Shown in pieces: positions 49,001-59,905 of a stretch of DNA of 64,000 nt. The notes under the pieces were generated by a model that was not told the origin of the DNA, did not search any database, and saw nothing but the letters and a program-made list of their open reading frames with translations. Source of the DNA: Amphiscolops sp. MND2022 (taxonomy: Eukaryota); assembly GCA_964187785.1 (NCBI GenBank), contig OZ076416.1, positions 27,590,001 to 27,654,000 on the forward strand. Reading direction: 5' to 3'. The stretch's first letter is position 1. Every line of letters begins with the position of its first letter. The position numbers and the translations under genes were made by a program.

Positions 49001-52000
49001 GAAGGTCTGTTTTAGTGTTTTCAAGCTCTGTTGCATCCAGAACTCTCACAAATCCTTTTTTCACGGCCACATCAATAGTCTCTTGGTAGCGTTATATCAA
49101 TTTCACATCCTTTTTGAAACGGCGCTCGAGAGACTTCAATTGACTCACTGCTGAAATGTAATTGTTTGGCAAAAGCGGCTTTGCATTTTTCCAAAGTAAC
49201 CCGGCCTCGTACCTCTCTCCATCGAACTTCTGGTTGCTTTCATCTTTTCGAGGACGTTGTCATCCTCCTTAGACCTTCGTGATACGCTGCAGTTCGAAGC
49301 ATACGATTCCATGCTCCACCAAGTTTTAACTTGATCCGCCAATGGGTCCACTTCTGCTGCAACTAAGCTTTCAGTTGCAAGTTTCGCAGTCTCTTGTTGG
49401 GGCAAGGGTCCACTGAGCATCCGTCCCAGCTTCGTTCACACTGCCCACGGCTTCGCGTTTACACATTTTCTATTTTCAGTTGCCCTGTGCAAGTGATAAC
49501 AATCTTGGCCCAATATGACTTTGACATCTTTCAAGTTGACTGTAGAGTCTTTCAAAACTGACAGGTGAGGTATGTTTTCTGCAATTTCTTGAGTTTGTAC
49601 GTTCGATGTCCCGCGTTTACGTTGGGATGACTATAGGCAGTGATATATATTTTAAACCTTTCCTTCTGGATTACCAATGTGGACTCGAAGTCTTTGGCTA
49701 CTGATATCGGACGTTCCATGAATCCCTGCAACATTCAAATCCACTGGTTGTCCCGCCATACTTAGCGTTTTCATCAAACTCTCGTCCACAAACGACAAAC
49801 TAGCTGCAGAGTCTCACAAAGCGAACGTTTTCAGAGTTTTGCTCCCACCTCCTATCTTTACTGGAATGACTGGAAGCACTCCACTGCTTCTCATTGAGGA
49901 CAGGTTAGAGACCTCATCGACATTTTCAACATTTTGTTTTTGTTCCATGGTATTGTATGTTCGGTGTAGCAATCTGTGATAAGTTTTCCCGCAACCATTT
50001 ACGTCGCAGAGTCTACCAGAGCAATTTCTCATCTGATGCGCGTCTGACAAACATTTGATGCACAATTTCAACTCTTTCGCCTTTTGTCCCCTTTCTTCGA
50101 CGTTCATCTTGAATTTCTCACAATTCCATATTGGTTGTTTGTCGTCTTCCAACACACACTCTCGCTGGTTCTTCGAGTTGTCGTTTGCTGTGTTTGTTGC
50201 TGACGTGGCAAACGTGGAGCCTTTGGCCTTTTCTTGGTAGCTCGACTTCGCGCGATCAGCATTCGGGTTTGAAGACAGAAGCAGTTCATCTTGCTTTTCT
50301 GATATATCGTTAAGCCATTCATTGAACATAGCAAGTCCAGGTTGATACAGGTTCATTTGTATGACATAAGTGAGCCACATCGTTTTCATGTCCAGTGTTA
50401 ACTTCCTAGTAGCGCTTCCCAGAACTCCCTCTGAGTTTAGGTCTCCCACGTAGTTGAATTGTGTCAGAACATTCACGCAACTCGATACTATTCTCGCATA
50501 CTTGATCAATGCGGCTCCATCATAAAGTTTCATGGGTGGAAATGAAAAAATTCTTTCAGTTGACCTTTCACAACCATTCGATGTTTTCCAAAATTTTGAA
50601 CTAGTATGTTTCATGCCACATTGTACATCTCAGCGGTGTATCCCAAACCAGCAAACGCCTCCTTAGCCTTGCCTGTGACCATGGTTTTCAAGTGATTCAT
50701 CTTTACGCTGTCGTCCATGGTCGCTGCGCGGACAGTTGCTTGGAATAGTTGCGACCACTCTGGCTACTCTAATGGGTCAGCGGAAAGCTCTGACAGCTTC
50801 CGTTTTGGCAAGCTAGATCTTATGAAGTTATGAAGTAGTCATCTTTTGCATTGGAGACAAAGTTTGGCCCTTGACTTGGCGAATACTGCTTTTGCGTGTT
50901 CGTGAACTGTTGTATTTGAAATGCGTTTCCTTGGTTTCCTCTATTCGTAGGCGGTACCCAGGTTTGGCCTGCCATAAGTGTCCTGGACTGCTTCGATGTG
51001 GCGAATTTCACGTCTGGTTGGGCTGTTACTTTTTGACTGCCAGCACCTATGACAGTCTTTGTTCTGTCCATTCCAATACCTCGCTTAGCGGCTTCTGTGG
51101 ATATGGTCGGTTGCACTGAGGGTTTCAAGTCCTCACTTGCGCGGAGCATTCTCCTGTGTGAGTTGATCGTACTGTAATCACTGGTGCTGAGACGGACGTT
51201 TGCTGGTAACCTGGTGGCACGTTAGTCGACGATGCCACGTTTTCAGCTCCTTCTGTCTTGTCCATCCATCCTGAGACTTTCGTCAGATTGTCATCTGGAG
51301 TTCTGACCGGTGAGATACTTCGGAAGCTAGACCCACAACTGCTCGACGCTTGCGCCATTTGTATTTCCTTTTCAGCAATTTTAGTTTTGCGAGCCATCTC
51401 CTCTTGCAAGCCAGCCATCTCCACTTGCAAGCCAGGTATCTCAATTTCTTTTGCGTCACTTCTTAGGTCCTCTAGGCGGGCTTGCAGTTCTTCTTGCTTT
51501 GTTAAAGCCTTCATCTCCAGAACGAGAATTCGTCTCACACTTGACGTTTTGGAAAACACAGAAGTTTTGTTCCTTTTGGTTTTGTCACCTTGCGAATGTA
51601 TGCTCAATTCTTCTATTGGCTGTGATCTAGCCCCATTTCTTGAATTTTGTCTGTCGTCTTTGTTGTGACCATCAAGTTCCTTTTGCTTGTCGTCTGGTTG
51701 CAGTTTTATTTCGTGGTGAGGTACCATGTTTACTGGATTTATCTACTACCGAGTTTACAAGAACGTGTGCTAGTCTTTGTTCAGCGTCTTCAAGACTTCG
51801 AAGAAAGGCTGCTTTGTCTCCTGCCTTCAGCAGAGCTTCAATTACTGTTTTGATGTCAGATCTTTTCCGTAACATTTCTTGCCATGCTGCAGCATAATCT
51901 TCTTCGTTGGCGTTTTCATCATCCCGCAACTTTTCGTAGTTAACAATTTTTTCATCAATAGCACGTTTCTATTCCTTCAAGATCCAAATAGTTTAATATC

Positions 52001-52360
52001 TGATTTTCACCTTTCCAATGCTCGAGTTTTGTTGCTGCAACTCAACAAATTGGCTCTGCATCGCTGGGAACATATCGCTTATCTGTGATTGGTACTTGAG
52101 TTTGATTGCATTTTCAACTGCCTTAATAAGCCGATCTCTCCTGTTCATGGCACCTGTTCGTCTTAACGGTAAAAATGCTATCTGCTTGTCTTCAACATTG
52201 CTAGCCAGGTTCTCATCAATTTCTTTGACAGTCTTACCGTGCTCATCAGCTGCATTCCAACATTTCAACGTTTGGGCTTTGTCAGCAGAGTTCTTCAGGA
52301 AGTTTTCAATTTTGTTGATATCGAACCCTTTAGGTTCTGCAATCTCTTCACTCCTCGATT
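46100..52360 (-). pseudogene. BEL gag-pol relic
   Basis: Gag (KLSELSADPLE*PEWSQLF, knuckles at ~49960-50140), protease ~49800, RT ~48300-49100 (ALTADVEAMFLQV, HIFGANS, NFYITDF), RNase H ~47700-48100 (FWTDSTTV..VFVANRVAEI..NPADIGTRG), integrase 46100-47200 (VDYFGP, FIARRGKP..FLSDSGTNF, GGIWER). Confidence 0.93.
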
Positions 52361-52377
52361 GAATTTAGTTCCCCTCT

Positions 52378-52560
52378 ACAATAGCCCAAGTTACAATTGC
52401 CCAAACTTCCAGAGTCACTATAGCCCAATCTCCCAGAGACACAATAGCTGAATATCCCAGAGACACAGTAGCCCGATATCCCAGAGACACAGTAGCCCAA
52501 ACAGCAGGAGTCACAACAGCCCAAACTCCCAGAGACACAGAATCAGAGACTCCAAATTCC
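52378..52560. repeat. Degenerate 24-27 bp tandem repeats in the BEL leader
   Basis: CCCAGAGACACA(A/G)TAGC units recur about 6 times. Confidence 0.8.
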
Positions 52561-52636
52561 AGACATTTATTTTTCTTGGGCAATCTTCTCAGTTGTCCAC
52601 CGACGAGTCGTCTTCGTCCTCGTTTTCTTCTTCTAG

Positions 52637-52653
52637 TCCGGGTCGGTGAACCA
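52637..52653 (-). promoter_or_regulatory. BEL primer-binding site (TGGTTCACCGACCCGGA)
   Basis: Lies 2 nt after the LTR end ...TTACA and is complementary to a tRNA-like 3' end ending in CCA. Confidence 0.75.
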
Positions 52654-52655
52654 AA

Positions 52656-53960
52656 TGTAAGGGTTGCTTGCCCTTATCTTGCGCTGACGCTTGACAAGCT
52701 GTACGCCGCACTGATTCGTAGCTTAGTGCTGTGGACCGTCACTGAACAATTCCTGGTTTTCTTGTGTTTTAAAGGACTTTATCTTTTGGCTGGTGGATCT
52801 GATGTTACCCGTGGAATCTCCCACGATTCCGCTTTACACTGACATGGATCCGATGTGATCCTGCACAAACTTCCCGCTCTGTATCTTCACGCGCTCCGGC
52901 TCTCCAACTATGAGACTAGCTACTTGTTCGCTCTGACTCTAGCGAAAAGTTGTAAAGATGTGGAGAGTTATTTAGTCTCGCGATCCTAAGACACAACTTG
53001 ACTATAGCTGTTCAGTATAGAAAATCTCTATCTAATAATGGTATAAATGTAGTTTACAATTCTAGAGTAAATATAGAACAAATATCAGTTGAAATATGTT
53101 GTATAAATAAATGACATTTTAAGCTTAATATGAGGTTATTAGCTATGTAAACAAACTATGTGGTGGTTTTGGCATGTTGGTCAGGTGGGCTAGAAAGTAT
53201 AATTACACTGTGTAAATATCATCAATGTCAACGGAGTTACAATCTAAAGTAGTCAGTGTAAATAGCAGTGTTTACATTTTTGTCTCAATGACCTTGAATA
53301 CTACACATGTGAGGGGTAAAGGGTGTTATCATGGTTGAATGACTTTGAAAATTAGTCGGTGTGTTTGTGTTAGTCAAATAGCAGTGTTTACATTTTTGTC
53401 TCAATGACCTTCAATACTACACATGTGAGGGGTAAAGGGTGTTATCATGGTTGAATGACTTTGAAAATTAGTCGGTGTGTTTGTGTTATGTACCTGCATA
53501 TGTGTGCCAAGTTTCATGGCTCTAGGGTTAATTGTTGTTGAGAAAATCTGTTTGGGGGGTTTTCCAATTTAATGACGATCGACTTTTTTTCAAGATTTCA
53601 TATGAGTTATAAAGTGTTTAGGTTCTTGTTTCTCAACCAGCATGTTCCAAATCGAGTTTCTTTGCCTGCTGATGACTGGCGCCAACAAGCGGAGATTCGC
53701 GCTGCGAACGTGTGGTAGTTTATGCCAGAACTTTCATAACCTAAATCACAGTATACAAAGTTTGAATCACTGCCAACCGTCAAATCAATCGGATTTTTTA
53801 TGCCTCTCTCTCGCTGTCGTCTGTTTATTTTTGCTCTTTGACTCGCAACCGGGTCTATTGCATTCACGCAGTCGATACAAATTTGCATTCCAAAGATGTT
53901 TTTGAGTGTAAAATGTTTTCATCGTTGGTGCCTGTAAAAATGATGTAGAGCATTTGAGAA
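52656..53960 (-). repeat. BEL 5' LTR (~1305 bp, with an internal ~114-bp duplication at ~53260-53490)
   Basis: Homologous to 44894-46058. Confidence 0.9.
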
Positions 53961-53962
53961 AT

Positions 53963-54410
53963 TGGAAAAACATTCCAATTTACGAAAAGTTTCGTGACGT
54001 CCTTTTTACCGATTACTTTGTAGTAAATGGTTTCCAACAAACAGTGTATAGTCGGGTAGCATCCTTTCGGTATTGATTCAATTTGTTCCGCATCATAACT
54101 TTCAATCTCGCTTTCAGCTGTCATTTAACGCTTGCGAGGATCCGACGTTGTCACCAAGATACGTGCATGTGAAGAATGAAGTAGCTGTCGAGGCCGATGA
54201 TGAGTACTCTCTGATGATGCTCACGAAGTCTTTGTATTATGAGGTTACTTTGTGTCACAATTTCAATCAAATCGGATAAAGGAAGTTTCAACCACTGGAA
54301 ACTTTCAAGTGCCTTCCATCTTAGGTTTTTCCGGTAGCAGATTTGTGAATTTAGACGAGGAGTTTTCGGGGAAAGTAGACCTTGATGCGTTAGAAACCTT
54401 TTTGATTGTA
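53963..54410 (-). pseudogene. Polinton minor capsid, N-terminal part
   Basis: VSNASRSTFPENSSSKFTNLLPE..MEGT*K and GCYPTIHCLLE. Confidence 0.75.
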
Positions 54411-54469
54411 ACGTTTTTGTTTTGGAAAGACATCACTGTAGGTTGCTTTTATCCAACGCTGTCTGGATG

Positions 54470-55310
54470 TTTCTGGTTAGAATCGAACTAGCTCTTTTTC
54501 GTAATACTTACATTGAGTCAACCTGTTCATTTTTGTTTTTATCCGCAGAAGTGGGAGAGTCCAGCGGTTTCACATTTATTCGATAATCTGGATTCGATTG
54601 CTGCAAAAAAAGGTTTTTTTTTCTGATTCAATCTTGTTGCTCAATTTAGGGTTTTGCAAAGCATTGGTGTTTCGCGAAGAATCTAAGAAAGACACGTCAC
54701 TGTTTCTTACATCGATCGGCGCCAGCTTGGTTACTCGGTTCATTTTGGAGTTGATGAAAATTACGATTTTCTGCGAGTTGTCAAAATAAACATCGGTACT
54801 GTTTTCATGTAGATATGTAGTTACTTGAAGACGGTGGAATTCAGTGAATAAATATTGTGCTGAGCAAACGCTTATTCTGTTCCACTGTTTGTAAAAGACA
54901 GCAGGGTGTTTGAGTTCCGACAGAATTCTGCGTATTCGCCCGCAAACTCCCGACTCTTGTGCTCCCAAAAGTTTTCAGATTGTGTGAGTACTGGCGCTTG
55001 CTCTCTGATCTTGTGTCAGAAATTCGGCGATCCGTTTCTAATGGCTTCGATTGATTGTCTCTTGTAAAACGCTATGAATTTCCCAGCTGTTTTTTTCGCA
55101 TAAGCATACGGACCCACAAAAATCGACTGAGCGTTTCGACAGCTACAAAAAGAAGTTTCACACCCTTGTTATGTCGAGCAAGCAGCTGCATGTCGGCCAA
55201 GTCAACTGACCAAATCTTGTTGAGTCTAAAAATTTGAATTTTGAGACGAAGAATTTGGTGTTACTTTGTTTGAAGTTTTTATAGCGTTTAATATCCAGAC
55301 AAGAAGTTGT
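54470..55310 (-). pseudogene. Polinton retroviral-like integrase relic
   Basis: KIWSVDLADMQLLARHNKGVKLLFVAVETLSRFLWV; REFAGEYAEFC; AFAQHNIYSL; NRVTKLAPIDV. Confidence 0.9.
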
Positions 55311-56228
55311 GCTCTTGTTTTTTACCTACATTCCGAGTTTTTTGGCCTCGAGACTTCCATTGAAAGAGTCATTTTGAGAGACTTTGAAAACATTATATTC
55401 GCTGAAGAGTTTGTATAATCTGCTGCTATACTGCGACCGCTGCATTTGGAATGAACCGATCCACAAACATTAAACCAAAAGGACGGACGTTGACAACTCC
55501 CTTTTCCAAAATCTAGTACACAGCTGCCGCAGTACAATTCACATAGTTTTCTTTGCTACGCTTTCTTGTGCTTCGTCATTTCCGGCTAAGTGTTCTTTAA
55601 GTAAAAGTGACTCGGCTTCTTTACTGAACAAAACAGATTGATCATCGGTTCGACTTTTCGGGCACATTTTGTTTAAGGTTGACTGCCGCTCCTTTGCTCG
55701 TTTTGCTGAGAGGTACTCTGGCAGTTTCATACGTGGAACCAAATCTAGAGTTGACTCGTTTAGGTTTGTTCTTGTTGTCTACATATAGTAGAGAAAATCA
55801 AAAACAGAACGAATAGTTGTCGCGCGGTCGTGCAAGAAGTTTATCCCCGGATTTTTATTCCATCGAGACGTTTTTAATTATTGATAATCTTTTTAAGTTT
55901 TTGACGAGAGCGTTCTTTTTTACCGCCGCTGAGCCCCACGGACACGAGTTCAAAAATGGCATTTTTTTTCAAGGATGGCATCCAAGAAAGGCAAACTATA
56001 TGTTAACAGTTTTGATAACCACATGTGAGGATTCAGTTTCTTCCTCGATGCTGGTAGTTTCATCTGAATGTTTCCGTCTAAAATTTTGAAAATGCAATAA
56101 CAGAAAGTTTTACTTTTTGTCACTTAAACAAGGTAAAATGTACAATCGTTTCACATTGGGTTTCAGTTCGTCGAAGAAGTTGTACATATAAACTTCTCGT
56201 TGACTCGTCTGTCAGACTTTCTGTTGAT

Positions 56229-56916
56229 TCACTCGAGGCTAACTTGAAGGCAGACTTTCCTTGCTTGACATTTTGAGTACATTTTCGATTTGGGTTCCGT
56301 ATGTTGATCGAAGTCGATGAGCCAATGACCGAAAGGCCATCGGGTTGCCCTTTCATAATCATCCATGAATAACAGCCTGTATCCCATTTGACGTCCAAGT
56401 ACAGCTATTTGATCCAAGTCTCTCGGACTCTTGCACAGAATCATTTGAGTGACGTTCACCTCTATTGTCTTTGATTGTTTGGACTGCGGGAAAGGTTTGT
56501 GCTTGAGAGTAATTAGATGCAAGTTCCTTAGCCTTCCTGCTATCACAAGATTCAAAAAGTCTATTTTCTTTGCATGCTTGCTGATAATGATCGCAAGTAG
56601 GGTCAATACAAGTAGGGTTCTCATTTTTTGAGCTTCACACTTTTCCACTGCTGCCCAAACGAGACCGTGACGGAATTCGAAGTTGACATTTTGCCCCTAC
56701 AACTGTTGAAAAGTTCTTGAAACTTGGGTTGGAAGGGGTTGTACAATTACGAAATTTTGCCGAAAGTTGGGCAAAGTATTGATTCTGGTTTAGTAGCATG
56801 TTGGATAACAACTGAGTTTTGTCATTGCGGCAGGGCGCAGTTTTTGCGACAAAGCACTGAGGATCTGTGCAAATGCGTTTTGTTATATTTGCGATGATTT
56901 GGGAATCGAATACCAT
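56229..56916 (-). pseudogene. Polinton A32-like packaging ATPase relic
   Basis: Degenerate Walker A (TAPCRNDKTQLL), RTLLVL Walker B region, and LKHKPFPQSKQSKTIEVNVTQMILCKSPRD..QIAVLGRQ...ATRWPFGHWLIDFD. Confidence 0.88.
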
Positions 56917-56999
56917 ATGCAGGTAGAGGGAACTGCAGTGATTTCTGTTTTGTAAAATGCTCTCGGCAAGTATTCAACAAATGTCTAGATACAGCCAAT

Positions 57000-57230
57000 T
57001 ATGGCAGATTCATGTCGATTAATAAAGTTTCAGGGACAACAATAGTAGAATGGGCCGACGGCCGTCTGTGAAGCCGTTAAAGATATGCAACACGCGACTG
57101 ATAACCGATCTAAAAATACGGCAAACGGAGTATAAATACCAGCAATTTTTGACTTGAAGATCACAAGAAAATTGGGAGCAGAAGCGGACGATACCCCTTT
57201 TCAAGAAGTCAAGATACTGATACCTACAAG
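57000..57230 (-). pseudogene. Possible C-terminus of the Polinton adenain-like protease
   Basis: LQVKNCWYLYS weakly resembles Q...S..CG.YC; the position upstream of the ATPase fits. Confidence 0.25.
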
Positions 57231-57257
57231 GCGGATCCGAGACTCCATAACTGTTTT

Positions 57258-57335
57258 CCTCTCACTCTCTATCTCCTTCTCTCTCTCTCTCTCGCTCTCT
57301 CTCTCTCTCTTTCTCCCCCCCTCTCTCTCTCATCT
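57258..57335. repeat. Imperfect (CT)n microsatellite
   Basis: Direct reading of the sequence. Confidence 0.95.
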
Positions 57336-58280
57336 TTCACCCGCTCCTTAAGCAGCGGAGACGATCGACACCCACTCTCTCTGGTGGTGTTAGTATATCG
57401 ATTTGATTTTGGAGGTGTAGGCATTTTCCCTCTAATTGAATTTTTTGACAAGAGATTAAATAGGCGGATTGTTTTTGGTCCGTTTGCAGAGGACCCGCTC
57501 ACTCTTTCTTCATAGTTGACTCATTAGCTCAAGACGAACATTTTCCCAGAAAACACCAGAAGACAGTCAGTCCCAAGCAAAATCGAATCAGCCGTTTCTT
57601 TCAATTAAACGGTATCCGTGACCTAGTAGCATTGAGCTACCTTACAACTTTCAAAGTCTCTTGCAGAAAAAACAACCCGTTTGCATTGGGTTCGACAGTT
57701 GTAATAGCGTTGTAGTAGAACTAAGGTTGGGAAACTCACTCTGATCCGAGGGAACACATTGAGTAGAAGCCCGCTTAGGTCTTTTCGGAGACTGGTTGAA
57801 AGCTGTGAGCCCATTGGTAATTTTGGAACCTATGTAGCATACCGAGTGTGGACACCTAGAAAACTTATGAAAGTACCCGAGTGTTTGCCTGATAGTGATC
57901 TGAGACCCTCGCACTTAATCCTAAGGATAAGAGTGACTCCCTCGGTCAATTTAGGTAAAGTAATTTTCCGTCAACAGTCGCAAGAGCCTTTTTACAAATG
58001 GGTAAAAAACCCTGTGGACTGAGTGCATTCTCCATAGGTTTTCTAAGGGTAACTTTTCTAAGGTTTTCTAAGGGTAACTAACGGCGGATTGGTTTACCCC
58101 GAAATACTCTAGTTAGCAACCTATTACCACCAACGGGATTTCTGAGTATCCCAGAACTTTCGGGTCTGTAACCCTGCACCTGAGGAACGTACCTCTCCCC
58201 AGTTGATAGGTGTGAATTTTACAGTGGCGCTCATGGGTGGGCTGTTGGTTTTTTATTCTTTTAACAGGTGTGCAGTTACA

Positions 58281-59260
58281 GCAGCTTTTCTTTTTGACAA
58301 AATGGACACTCCTGTCAGACCAGAACGATTACCGACCAAGGAGTACAAGGATTTTCGAACATGGCGGCAATATTTCACAAGAGTAGCAAAAGCCAATGGC
58401 TGGAACAATCAACAGCAGAGACGGATGATCCCTTGTAGCCTCGACAGTGGCCCACGTTGCCAGAGAATCAGCGTGAAGGCAACGACGTTACAGGGGCACA
58501 ACTTCTAGATGCGCTTGAGACAAAACTAGTCCCATTCGCTACGCAAAGGAGCCTGCGACAGGACATCAAACTGGCAGCCCAAGAGGATAGCGAGAGTCTG
58601 CGTGAGTGGGCCAGACGAGTCAGAACTCTTGATCAGAGGGACTACGGTACTTTGGCTGCTGTGGACAGAGAAGCACTCCAGCGGGACCAGTTCATCGATG
58701 GACTCACGGATGCAGCCAACCAAGAGTCACTTTGGAAAGAGTACATAGATGATTTTGGTGAGACGATCGACCGTGCTCTTCGACTGGACAGCATCAACAA
58801 AGCGAAACAAGTGATACAAAAGCGACGAGCGGGACCAGTGGCGAGACATGTCGGCTTTGAGGACGAATGTGACGTGGAGTGTGGACACCGAACAGGAGTG
58901 AACGCACTGGTCGAGCAGATATAAAAAAAGGGTCCTACAGGATAAAAGGGAACGACAAGCGAAGGAGACGCAGGATCTGGTAAAACAACAGAACGTCCTT
59001 CTGCAAAAGCAAGCGACTATGTTGAACGAAACCCCCACTCGTCTCGAAGACAGTCTGAGGACACTCGCTTCAGGACCGAAAAGTCGCTACAGTAGTCAGA
59101 CCAATCAGAAGCTGTTCGACCCCTACCCGGGAGAAAAAAAGGTTTTGGGAACTCCGGCGCATTCCCCAACCAGGCTGAGTGCTATCATTGTCACGAGACG
59201 TGACATTGGGCGAGGGCTTGCCCAAATCGTGGGCTACCCGTCAAAACCTCAACCAGCTAG
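58281..59260 (+). pseudogene. Gypsy gag relic
   Basis: MDTPVRPERL...WRQYFTRVAKANGW; QRDQFIDGL; zinc knuckle CYHCHET*HWARACP. Confidence 0.85.
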
Positions 59261-59361
59261 AACCATTTAAACTGGAAACGGCCGGGGAGGAAACAAAACC
59301 AGCCCTGGCCATAAAACCAACTCATAACTCACAGGCAGATAGCAACAGCATTATCGATTTT

Positions 59362-59772
59362 CCGTGGTTGGACTTTCAAGGCCATTATTTCGAAAGTAGC
59401 ACCTCTTTGTCGTTTTTTGGTCCATGTGATTTTAAGGATGATCATACTGAACAATTTTGGAAAAACTTTGGTCACCTCGAGACTTTGAACGGACATGAAC
59501 AGGAAGTTGGCAGAATTTTGGTGTTTTTTGAATCCTCTCTCAGTCGGTACCTGTACTATGTAGTAACTCGAGAAAATCAAAACGAAAAAACTACTTTTGC
59601 AAACTTCTAAAAAGGCTTGAAAATGCTCTCTCGAATCATTTGTACCTATCAAATAAAAATCCTAAGTATCTCGAAACCGATCATTGTTCTGAATGGAATG
59701 GTGTGGACAGCAGCACAGTCAACGATGCAAGACGAATTGAGTGACACCCCTATCCAACTCACCATGTACAGT
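59362..59772 (+). pseudogene. TARG1/OARD1-like macrodomain relic (one in-frame stop at 59608-59610)
   Basis: GHYFESSTSLSFFGPCDFK..FWKNFGHLETL..EVGRILV..RYLYYVVTRE..EKTTFANF*KGL..LSISK..LNGMVW..DTPIQLTMY parallels the OARD1 pattern RYIYYLITK..KPTYENL.KSL..LSMP..LD.L.W..TDIKITVY. Confidence 0.72.
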
Positions 59773-59905
59773 GGAGACGACATAGTTCAAGGTATAACCA
59801 CTTGCGAACCCGGTCCACCGAAACCGTTGCAGTATTGCAAGGTAACGTTGCTGCAACCAAAGGATGAATGTAGCACCGCAGAGCAGCAGAGATTGACATG
59901 CAAAT

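Larger units (their letters stand above)
44894..53960 (-). mobile_element. Full-length degenerate BEL/Pao LTR retrotransposon
   Basis: Two homologous LTRs, a PBS, gag with triple Cys/His knuckles, protease (TFALCDS), RT, RNase H and integrase ending KRPIVKLAPLFYE. Confidence 0.95.
39400..57230. mobile_element. Degenerate Maverick/Polinton, interrupted by a BEL/Pao element
   Basis: pPolB on the plus strand converges on a minus-strand block of ATPase, integrase, minor capsid, small core-like gene and major capsid. TIRs not identified. Confidence 0.88.

Noticed and set aside
56229-56648. Hydrophobic ORF start (TLLVLTLLAIII...FLNLVIAG) first looked like a GPCR transmembrane segment
   Set aside because: The downstream KH..F.QSK.S.TI..N.T.+IL.KSPRD..Q...LGRQ motif and the neighbouring integrase and capsid genes identify it as the Polinton packaging ATPase.
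57258-57335. (CT)n tract as the (AG)n terminus of the Polinton
   Set aside because: There is no room for a long TIR, and no matching left terminus or 6-bp TSD was found. A plain microsatellite is sufficient.
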